Shown: positions 1-6,552 of the stretch, piece after piece
How positions within the stretch are numbered: position 1 is the stretch's first letter
Layout: every line of letters begins with the position of its first letter
Source: a virus
Lineage: Duplodnaviria > Caudoviricetes
DNA: 26,046 bases
Direction: 5' to 3' (one strand)
IMG/VR virus record: IMGVR_UViG_3300011335_000131
Location: 1-26,046 of that record
Made by a program: the position numbers and the translations under genes
Notes under the pieces: model-generated
The model's database searches: none
Told to the model about the DNA's origin: nothing
What the model saw: only the letters and a program-made list of their open reading frames with translations

Positions 1-1
1 G

Positions 2-874
2 ATACGTTATTATCGTGGTAAGACAGGAGAAACTAAAAGTGTAAAAGGAACTAACAAGCAATTTATAGAAGATTTTAAACGTACAAGTTCACAATTTGTG
101 CAGCCACCAACTTGGGTAGAGGAAAAGGTTGTTTATTGTTTACCGATAGGAATTAAGAAGATGGGTTTTATAAGTGATTTGCAAGTTCCTTTTCACGACC
201 CTAAAGCGATTGAGGTTTGCTTTAAATACTTAAATGACCAAAAGATTGATTCATTATTTATTAATGGCGATTTAGTTGACTTTTATCAATTAAGCGATTT
301 CCAAAAAGACCCAAGAGTAAGAAAGTTTGATGAAGAACACGAAGCGATAATTGAGATGCTTGGATTTATTAGGGGTACATTCCCTCAAATACCTATTTAT
401 TACAACTTAGATTCCAACCATGAATTCCGCTATGAAAGGTATATGCGAACCAAAGCACCTGAATTATTAGGGTTAAACGGCAAGTTTGACATTGAGGAAA
501 TCTTAATGCTAAATACTTTTAACATTATAGGTATAAAAAATATAGACCACGTTAAATTCGGCAAGTTACCTATCATTCACGGCGATACTACATTTAGAAG
601 GGGAAGCGGTGTAAACCCAGCCAAGACCTTATACGATAGAGTTAAGCAGTCGGCAATAGCTTCGCACGTTCATCAAGTACAATCTTATACAACCAAGAAT
701 CAGTTTGATGAAGAAGTTTTTACTTGCTGGACCACAGGACATTTGATGCATCCTAACGTGGAGTATTGTAAGCACGTTGATAATTACTCACAAGGCTTTG
801 CCATATTAGAAAAAGATGTTGAAGGTTACTACTCGGTTCAAAATAAAAGAATCTATAAAAATAAAATCTTCTAA
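2..874 (+). CDS. Calcineurin-like metallophosphoesterase (5' truncated by window)
   Basis: Frame is open from base 2 (IRYYRGKTG...). Motifs ISDLQVP, NGDLVD, SNHE, HGD and SHVH match the metallophosphoesterase pattern. Confidence 0.85.
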   Translation: MRYYRGKTGETKSVKGTNKQFIEDFKRTSSQFVQPPTWVEEKVVYCLPIGIKKMGFISDLQVPFHDPKAIEVCFKYLNDQKIDSLFINGDLVDFYQLSDFQKDPRVRKFDEEHEAIIEMLGFIRGTFPQIPIYYNLDSNHEFRYERYMRTKAPELLGLNGKFDIEEILMLNTFNIIGIKNIDHVKFGKLPIIHGDTTFRRGSGVNPAKTLYDRVKQSAIASHVHQVQSYTTKNQFDEEVFTCWTTGHLMHPNVEYCKHVDNYSQGFAILEKDVEGYYSVQNKRIYKNKIF

Positions 875-875
875 T

Positions 876-1067
876 ATGCGATATCCTAAAAACTTTGCAA
901 AATTGACATCACTACAACAAGAGCAATGGTTGGTTGCTAAACTAATTGAACTCCACAACTTAGAACAAGAAATTAAAAACACCTTAGGCAAAATAAGAGG
1001 TGGCGAGAAACTTATATTTAAAGAAATAGATAGACCAGATTTAGCTTTATTAAAAGATGAAGATTAA
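876..1067 (+). CDS. Hypothetical protein (MRYPKNF..., 63 aa)
   Basis: ATG at 876 directly follows the upstream stop, so it is preferred over the track start at 816. Confidence 0.7.
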   Translation: MRYPKNFAKLTSLQQEQWLVAKLIELHNLEQEIKNTLGKIRGGEKLIFKEIDRPDLALLKDED

Positions 1068-1326
1068 AATTATATATAAGAAATTAGGAAGGGAACAAGC
1101 GCACGGCATAGCTGAAAGCGATGGTATTATATATATTGACCCAAGATTAAAGGGGAAAAAAATGCTTGAGATACTCCTACACGAGTTGATGCACCTCCAA
1201 AATCCATTGGATGATGAAGAAACGATTATTGAGAAAAGTGTAACTTTATGTAAGATTCTCTGGAAAGAAGGTTATAGGAGGGTTGATAATTCTAATGATA
1301 CACCATTGCAAGATGGTTCTAAATAG
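1057..1326 (+). CDS. Small HExxH zinc metallopeptidase-like protein
   Basis: IYIDPRL...ILLHELMH motif, with a downstream Glu pair (DDEE). Confidence 0.7.
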   Translation: MKIKIIYKKLGREQAHGIAESDGIIYIDPRLKGKKMLEILLHELMHLQNPLDDEETIIEKSVTLCKILWKEGYRRVDNSNDTPLQDGSK

Positions 1327-1342
1327 TTGTTCGTTCATAGTT

Positions 1343-1370
1343 CCCCATCCCTAAAAAGGTGGGGTTTTTT
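1343..1370 (+). terminator. Intrinsic terminator 1
   Basis: CCCCATC/GGTGGGG stem followed by T6, 16 nt after the stop codon. Confidence 0.8.
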
Positions 1371-1373
1371 ATA

Positions 1374-1381
1374 TATCTTTG
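1374..1381 (+). promoter_or_regulatory. Bacteroidota-type -7 promoter element driving a candidate small RNA
   Basis: TATCTTTG fits TAnnTTTG; there is no ORF before the next terminator. Confidence 0.6.
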
Positions 1382-1384
1382 GCT

Positions 1385-1440
1385 TTCATATTGGTTTAAC
1401 TTAGGTTTAGCCCCCATTTAGTCTTATTTGGGGGTTTTTT
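1385..1440 (+). ncRNA. Candidate ~55-nt antisense small RNA
   Basis: Bounded by a promoter element and a terminator. Its 5' part is complementary to the start regions at 1548-1560 and 3303-3314. Confidence 0.55.
1411..1440 (+). terminator. Intrinsic terminator 2
   Basis: CCCCCA/TGGGGG stem followed by T6. Confidence 0.75.
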
Positions 1441-1497
1441 ATACCATTTATCATTATTATTTGCCGTTTATCACATTTATTTAAAATAATTGCCTTG

Positions 1498-1531
1498 TTT
1501 GATAAAGTTATAAGGTTTTACCCTATCTTTG
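1498..1531 (+). promoter_or_regulatory. Early promoter (-33 TTTG, -7 TATCTTTG)
   Basis: TTTG at 1498-1501 and TATCTTTG at 1524-1531 (22-nt spacing, slightly long), upstream of the first early ORF. Confidence 0.7.
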
Positions 1532-1555
1532 AATCCTAAACCAAAACAAACCAAT

Positions 1556-1777
1556 ATGAATCAGCAAGAAACTGCTCATTTTTTAATTAAGCAAATGAGC
1601 CAATACACAACAAGTGTAACAAAAAAAATGACCTTTGATAACGCAAAAGAATGTGCTTTAATTTGTGCCTGTGAAGTACGAGCGCAATACGAATTAGAAC
1701 ACGATGCAAAACTATTTTTATTTTGGGATGAAGTAGTTAGAATTATTAGATCAATGAAATTAGAAATTAAAAACTAA
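1556..1777 (+). CDS. Hypothetical early protein (MNQQETAH...)
   Basis: ATG at 1556 follows an A-rich leader; the track start at 1529 lies inside the promoter. Resembles ORF 7647-7853. Confidence 0.75.
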   Translation: MNQQETAHFLIKQMSQYTTSVTKKMTFDNAKECALICACEVRAQYELEHDAKLFLFWDEVVRIIRSMKLEIKN

Positions 1778-1780
1778 ACT

Positions 1781-1909
1781 ATGAACAAGTTAAAAACACC
1801 ACAACAAAAGGCAAACGAACGCTACCAAGCCGAATCAATCAAACCTATGTATGCATTTATCATTGTATGCATTGCATTTTTAATTACTGCAATCCTTCAA
1901 AACATTTAG
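1781..1909 (+). CDS. 42-aa protein with a C-terminal transmembrane helix
   Basis: Manual translation MNKLKTPQQKANERYQAESIKPMYAFIIVCIAFLITAILQNI; tightly packed between neighbours. Confidence 0.7.
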   Translation: MNKLKTPQQKANERYQAESIKPMYAFIIVCIAFLITAILQNI

Positions 1910-1910
1910 T

Positions 1911-2051
1911 ATGAAAAACATAAGAGAAAAACCTATTAGGATAAGAATACCAAGATTTTTTATACCAGAAGATATTGCAAGAAAAGCAAGAGGTATAGTT
2001 AAAAATGATAATGTTATTAAAAAATTAAATCAAATAGCTAAAAACAAATAA
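1911..2051 (+). CDS. 46-aa basic hypothetical protein
   Basis: Manual translation MKNIREKPIRIRIPRFF...IAKNK; fills the gap exactly. Confidence 0.55.
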   Translation: MKNIREKPIRIRIPRFFIPEDIARKARGIVKNDNVIKKLNQIAKNK

Positions 2052-2054
2052 CCC

Positions 2055-2285
2055 ATGAAAACACCAATGCAAGAACTATTAGAGTACATTAAAACTGCTC
2101 ACACCTTTACCTTCCTTCCTGAACAATTAGCTAAAACTATTGAGGAAAAATATTTGCCAATGGAAAAAGCTGATTTAAGAAATGCCTTTGATAATGGCGA
2201 AATAAACGTATGGAATAGCAAAAGAGATGAAGGATTTGAATTTGAAGGAGGCATTGATTATTACAACAAAACTTATAAAAACTAA
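2055..2285 (+). CDS. Hypothetical protein (MKTPMQEL...YYNKTY type)
   Basis: ORF track; resembles ORF 7423-7626. Confidence 0.75.
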   Translation: MKTPMQELLEYIKTAHTFTFLPEQLAKTIEEKYLPMEKADLRNAFDNGEINVWNSKRDEGFEFEGGIDYYNKTYKN

Positions 2286-2288
2286 CCT

Positions 2289-2456
2289 ATGAACGCAATT
2301 GAAACCCTTATTTACACATTAGAAACACAATTAAAGACAATGCCAAGTGGCTATGTAAAAGAAACTGTAACCGCCTGTAAGGAATTAGCTGAAGGCATAA
2401 AAGCAATTTATGAAAACCCTAATAACGACATTAGTAACCAACCAAATCAAGACTAA
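2289..2456 (+). CDS. 55-aa hypothetical protein
   Basis: Manual translation MNAIETLIYTLETQLKTMPSGYVKETVTACKELAEGIKAIYEN... Confidence 0.65.
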   Translation: MNAIETLIYTLETQLKTMPSGYVKETVTACKELAEGIKAIYENPNNDISNQPNQD

Positions 2457-2628
2457 CCTACAAACCGAAGCCGACTCCAAAGGCATAACCTTAAGTAAGT
2501 TGGTTTACAAAATCCTAAAACAATATGAGCAAACTAATCTACCAAGAGAAACAACTAAAGTTGCACAAAAGAGCAACAATACTACTCCAGCTACTAAAGG
2601 AAGCACAAGGAAGGCAAAATCTATTTGA
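2410..2628 (+). CDS. Probable ribbon-helix-helix DNA-binding protein
   Basis: Strand-helix-G-turn-helix pattern LITTLV..IKTNLQTEADSKGITLSKLVYKIL; the tail overlaps the next gene. Confidence 0.55.
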   Translation: MKTLITTLVTNQIKTNLQTEADSKGITLSKLVYKILKQYEQTNLPRETTKVAQKSNNTTPATKGSTRKAKSI

Positions 2629-2821
2629 GGCTGACCTTGCAGAATGGAGGCGAGGATTGGATGATACAAGAACAATGATTAGCGAAGAAGATTTACTAAT
2701 TAAGATTGCACGAATGAATGATGTGCAACGTAGAATCCTTAAAAGCTACCATTTTCTAATCCTTGACTTATATACATTAACGGAGGAGTTTATGCTCCCA
2801 ATTAACCTTTTACATTTCTAA
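2525..2821 (+). CDS. Hypothetical helical protein
   Basis: ORF track; TAATG coupling to the next gene. Confidence 0.7.
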   Translation: MSKLIYQEKQLKLHKRATILLQLLKEAQGRQNLFEADLAEWRRGLDDTRTMISEEDLLIKIARMNDVQRRILKSYHFLILDLYTLTEEFMLPINLLHF

Positions 2822-3258
2822 TGAGAGAAGTACATAAAACCTATATGGCAGAACTTGAAATAGAGGTTTTGCGAGATAAGAACAAAGAATTGAAAAAAGA
2901 AATAAACAGGCTTAAAGACCTATTAGACCAACATTTAAACATAAAAACAACAAGAATGAGCAAAGAAGAACAAAAAGAGTACGCAATTGAAATAGCTGAA
3001 AAAGTGTGCAATTACTACCAGATTAAGTACGGACAAATGATGTCCAAATATAGAGGCGAGGAAGTTACTTTAGCAAGACAAATGACAATGTATTTGACTA
3101 AGGAAAAAACGAATTTAAACGGCGAGGAAATAGCACAAATCTTCAATAGAGATAGGACAACAGTTTTACATTCAATCTCAAAGATTAGAGGACAATTGTC
3201 AAATAAGTTCGATGATACCATAAAAAAGGACGTTTTCAACTTAAATGTGCTTGTTTAA
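2821..3258 (+). CDS. Coiled-coil + DnaA C-terminal (domain IV) HTH protein
   Basis: ARQMTMYL...EIAQIFNRDRTTVLHSISKI resembles the DnaA domain IV signature (RQ.AMYL...IG..F.RDHTTV.H). Confidence 0.8.
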   Translation: MREVHKTYMAELEIEVLRDKNKELKKEINRLKDLLDQHLNIKTTRMSKEEQKEYAIEIAEKVCNYYQIKYGQMMSKYRGEEVTLARQMTMYLTKEKTNLNGEEIAQIFNRDRTTVLHSISKIRGQLSNKFDDTIKKDVFNLNVLV

Positions 3259-3309
3259 TTTGGTTATTAACACCAAAGTACTTAATTTTAAACTTTAAAA
3301 CCAACCAAT

Positions 3310-4026
3310 ATGAACGAACAACAACTGGCTAAAAAGCCACAACTTTCGTACACGAAAGACCAAGTAGAGTTAGTAAAATCGCAGATTGCTCCAGAGGCAA
3401 CAGTTGATGAACTAAAGCTATTTCTTTACCAAGCACAACGCACAGGATTAGATGCGTTATCAAGGCAGATTTATTGCATCCACAGGAACGTTAAAACGCA
3501 AAACGGATGGAGCAAAAAAATGACCATTCAAACAAGTATTGACGGCTTCCGAGTAATCGCTGAACGTAGCGGTAACTATGGTGGACAAAGCGAACCAATC
3601 TTTGTAGAACAAGATGGCAAGTTAGTTTCTTGCAAGGTTTCAGTATTTAGATTTCACGGCGATACAAGGTATGAAGCAGCCGTTGGAGTAGCTTATTGGG
3701 ATGAATATTGCCAAAGAACAAACGATGGCAAACCAATGGGTTTATGGGCAAAGATGCCACATACAATGTTAAGCAAGGTTGCAGAAGCATTAGCTTTAAG
3801 AAAGGCTTACCCACAAGATTTAAGCGGTCTTTACACTGGCGATGAAATGGCTCAAAGCGATGACAAACCAGCCTATATTAAAACGCACGATAATCTTGAT
3901 GACTTGGAATTAGCTATTGATTTATGTATAAGCACAAATGAATTGGCTGAACTTTACACATTGAATCAGGAACTTGCAACTAAAGATGTAACTAAATTAT
4001 TTACCAAGAAAAAAGAATCTTTATGA
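3310..4026 (+). CDS. bet: Single-strand annealing recombinase, Bet/RecT family
   Basis: GLDALSRQIY, IQTSIDGFRVIAERSG and WAKMPHTMLSKVAEALALRKAYP motifs. Confidence 0.9.
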   Translation: MNEQQLAKKPQLSYTKDQVELVKSQIAPEATVDELKLFLYQAQRTGLDALSRQIYCIHRNVKTQNGWSKKMTIQTSIDGFRVIAERSGNYGGQSEPIFVEQDGKLVSCKVSVFRFHGDTRYEAAVGVAYWDEYCQRTNDGKPMGLWAKMPHTMLSKVAEALALRKAYPQDLSGLYTGDEMAQSDDKPAYIKTHDNLDDLELAIDLCISTNELAELYTLNQELATKDVTKLFTKKKESL

Positions 4027-4268
4027 CACCATTAAGCAGATTATGGGATTTAAGAGAGGAAGTTAAGTTTTGGAATTACAAAGTAGAAACAAGCTATCCT
4101 CAAAATGCAGCAGAAATGATTTATAAATTAAATGCTGCCAAGTATAAACTTAAATTACATAAACAACTACACTTTCCAGAGTTATTAGACCAACCTAAAA
4201 GGGATTATGTTCCTTATCAAATGTTGGCTGATAAATTTGAAGTATTTGAAAACTATTTAAACGACTAA
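4023..4268 (+). CDS. Hypothetical protein
   Basis: ORF track; ATGA overlap with bet. Confidence 0.7.
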   Translation: MTPLSRLWDLREEVKFWNYKVETSYPQNAAEMIYKLNAAKYKLKLHKQLHFPELLDQPKRDYVPYQMLADKFEVFENYLND

Positions 4269-4270
4269 TT

Positions 4271-4441
4271 ATGCCTTATTCAACGTGCTGCGGAGCATAT
4301 ACCGATATGGATGAAATTGGAATTTGTCCTGATTGTTTAGAACATTGCGATTGGGAAGAAGAAGACGAAGAAGAATTAGAACAAGATGCACAAACGGAAA
4401 CACAAATAGAACAAGAACAAATTAATAAACACGAAAACTAA
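4271..4441 (+). CDS. 56-aa Cys-rich zinc-finger-like protein with an acidic tail
   Basis: Manual translation MPYSTCCGAYTDMDEIGICPDCLEHCDWEEEDEEELEQD... Confidence 0.7.
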   Translation: MPYSTCCGAYTDMDEIGICPDCLEHCDWEEEDEEELEQDAQTETQIEQEQINKHEN

Positions 4442-4446
4442 AAACA

Positions 4447-4929
4447 ATGATTCAAATTAATAATTGTGCTTTATACAAGCAGTATTTAGGTTATAGAGTT
4501 TATTCAGATGGAAAGATATTTAGTCTTACAAGAAATAAATTTCTACAACCATATGATGATGGAAATGGCTATCTTAATGTTAAATTAAGAATAGACAACA
4601 AGTCAAAAAATGTTAAAGTGCATAGAATTTTAGCTATGTTATTTATACCAAATATTGACAATAAAGAGCAAGTGAATCACATTGATGGCAATAAATATAA
4701 TAATAACATCAATAATTTAGAGTGGTGTAGCAGGTCATATAATATGAAACACGCTTATAAATTAGGACTTAAGAAAAAAGATATGTCTAAAATAGTAATT
4801 GATTTAGATACTGGAATATTTTATGATTCAGCAAAAGATGCTGCATTAGCAAAAAATATCAATCACAAGACATTAAGAGTTAAATTAGCAGGATTTTATA
4901 AAAATAACACAACAATAGTTTACATTTAA
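4447..4929 (+). CDS. Free-standing HNH homing endonuclease (HNH_3 type, NUMOD1-like C-terminus)
   Basis: VHRILA..F, VNHIDGNKYNN...NLEW...N..HA, and C-terminal TGIFYDSAKDAA. Confidence 0.9.
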   Translation: MIQINNCALYKQYLGYRVYSDGKIFSLTRNKFLQPYDDGNGYLNVKLRIDNKSKNVKVHRILAMLFIPNIDNKEQVNHIDGNKYNNNINNLEWCSRSYNMKHAYKLGLKKKDMSKIVIDLDTGIFYDSAKDAALAKNINHKTLRVKLAGFYKNNTTIVYI

Positions 4930-4939
4930 AACAACAATT

Positions 4940-5233
4940 ATGATAGTAATTAACATCGAACAAGAGAAAATTGAGTGGAAACCAGTACAAACAAAAAATG
5001 GCTTAAAGCATTATGCAACATTGGCACTTGACTTTTTGAAAGAGCCAGACGAAAGAGGTCAAACTCACGCAGTTTGGAATAATCAATCAGCTGAAGCCAG
5101 AGCCGAAAAATCAAAGAAAAACTATTGTGGCAGAGGTAAGCAAGTATCTTACAATGCACCAACTGCTAAAAAAGAATTTGCAGTAAACCAACAAGAAGCA
5201 GAACCACATTCAACTGATGACCTACCATTTTAG
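4940..5233 (+). CDS. Probable single-stranded DNA-binding protein
   Basis: Acidic C-terminal DDLPF tail typical of SSBs; located near bet. Confidence 0.6.
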   Translation: MIVINIEQEKIEWKPVQTKNGLKHYATLALDFLKEPDERGQTHAVWNNQSAEARAEKSKKNYCGRGKQVSYNAPTAKKEFAVNQQEAEPHSTDDLPF

Positions 5234-5287
5234 TAAACAACCCCTCGTTGGGCGATAACGTTAAGCGCAAATTTAAAACCTACAATT

Positions 5288-5521
5288 ATGAGCAAACCAA
5301 TATTTATAGTAAGATTTCCAGATACTGCAAAAGAAGAACATTTAAATTTTGCAGCAGAATCATTAGCAAGACAAGGTTTTTATGATGATTATCATTGTTT
5401 AGTTGTAAAAGACCAATTTACAGGAGGTGAAATAAAATTTGAATGTTTTAATGCACCACATACTGAAATAGAATTTAAAGAACTACAAGAAAGAGTTATA
5501 ACATTACTAAAAACAAAATAA
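5288..5521 (+). CDS. Hypothetical protein
   Basis: ORF track; A-rich leader. Confidence 0.7.
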   Translation: MSKPIFIVRFPDTAKEEHLNFAAESLARQGFYDDYHCLVVKDQFTGGEIKFECFNAPHTEIEFKELQERVITLLKTK

Positions 5522-5522
5522 T

Positions 5523-5717
5523 ATGAGCCAAAACCAACAAATCAAATCTTATTTAGAAAAAGGTAGAAAATTAACCCCTATTGATGCCTTAAACAAGTTC
5601 GGATGCTTTAGATTAGCAGCACGAATTGCTGACCTAAGAAACGATGGTATGAACATAAAAACCACTATTGTTAAGCTAAAGAATAAGAAACAAATAGCAC
5701 AATATTCGGTTAATTGA
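5523..5717 (+). CDS. Winged helix-turn-helix protein
   Basis: LTPIDALNKFGCFRLAARIADLRNDGMNI is a common phage wHTH motif. Confidence 0.8.
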   Translation: MSQNQQIKSYLEKGRKLTPIDALNKFGCFRLAARIADLRNDGMNIKTTIVKLKNKKQIAQYSVN

Positions 5718-5718
5718 T

Positions 5719-5726
5719 TATATTTG
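5719..5726 (+). promoter_or_regulatory. -7 promoter element for the replication genes
   Basis: TATATTTG immediately after the wHTH stop codon. Confidence 0.65.
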
Positions 5727-5729
5727 CAA

Positions 5730-5807
5730 TAGAATGTACGAGATTCTAATACAAAACTTTTTGCCCAAGGAGGCGTTGGTACTCGTACTACCAGCAAATC
5801 TGCGGGC
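5730..5807 (+). ncRNA. Structured 5' leader with complementary hairpin loops (candidate cis-regulatory RNA)
   Basis: Hairpins TAGAAT[GTACGAG]ATTCTA and GTTGGTA[CTCGTAC]TACCAGC; the two loops are reverse complements. Confidence 0.6.
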
Positions 5808-5817
5808 TATTTTATTT

Positions 5818-6552
5818 ATGAAAAGTAATAGTTACTATTTTAGCCACGATTACAACTCGGCTAATGATACCAAGATTCTATTTTTACGGCATCAACTTGG
5901 TATGGAAGGTTACGGCATTTATTGGTTTTTAATTGAGCAATTGGCTAATGCTGGAGGTAAATTGCCATTAGATTTAATACCTGTACTTGCTATGCAGATG
6001 CAAACTACCGATGTAAAGGTTAATGGGGTAGTACATAATTTCAATTTATTTTCTATTGAATCTGGCGAGTTTTACTCGGAAAGGTTGCAAAATCATTTAG
6101 CTTTAAGGCAAAATTTAAGTGAAAAGGGTAAATTAGGTGCTGCTAATAGATGGAAAAATGGGGGGGCTATTGGGGATGCCATTGGGGAGGGTAATGCAAA
6201 GGAAAGAAAAGGAAAGGAAAGTAAAGTAAAAGAAACTAAAGTAAAGGTTAGTAGGCAAACGCTATTTAGTGAAACGCAATTTTTAGATATAGAAATATTT
6301 AAAGCAGCTTTTATTGGAACTCAATATGAAGAAGCTAATTTTGCATACTACCACGAAGTAATTAAAAATTGGTCAGATTCTAAAGGCGAAAAGAAACTTG
6401 ATTGGATAGCCACCGCAAAAAATTGGATGGCACGAGATTTAAAAGAAGGAAAATTTGTTCACATAAACTATAAACCAAATGCAACAGGAATTAACAACAA
6501 TAGTAAACTCACTTACGCTGAACGAGAAGCAATCAAAAGAAATAATTTATAA
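5818..6552 (+). CDS. Replication initiator-like protein (DUF4373/Lin1244-type N-terminus)
   Basis: YFSHDYNSANDTKI..L...GMEGYGIYW.LIE motif, GKLGAANRW linker and C-terminal DWIATAKNW. The start is moved from 5734 to the ATG at 5818. Confidence 0.75.
   Translation: MKSNSYYFSHDYNSANDTKILFLRHQLGMEGYGIYWFLIEQLANAGGKLPLDLIPVLAMQMQTTDVKVNGVVHNFNLFSIESGEFYSERLQNHLALRQNLSEKGKLGAANRWKNGGAIGDAIGEGNAKERKGKESKVKETKVKVSRQTLFSETQFLDIEIFKAAFIGTQYEEANFAYYHEVIKNWSDSKGEKKLDWIATAKNWMARDLKEGKFVHINYKPNATGINNNSKLTYAEREAIKRNNL
6158..6247 (+). repeat. Iteron-like repeats plus purine-rich pentamer tract (candidate origin)
   Basis: GCTATTGGGGAT/GCCATTGGGGAG tandem, then AAAGG/AAAGT repeats, inside the initiator gene. 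Confidence 0.45.

Noticed and set aside
1369-1389. Minus-strand ATG with a good A-rich leader (reverse of the sRNA seed)
   Set aside because: Encodes only MKAKDI before a stop. A decayed inverted gene start remains a formal alternative to the sRNA model.
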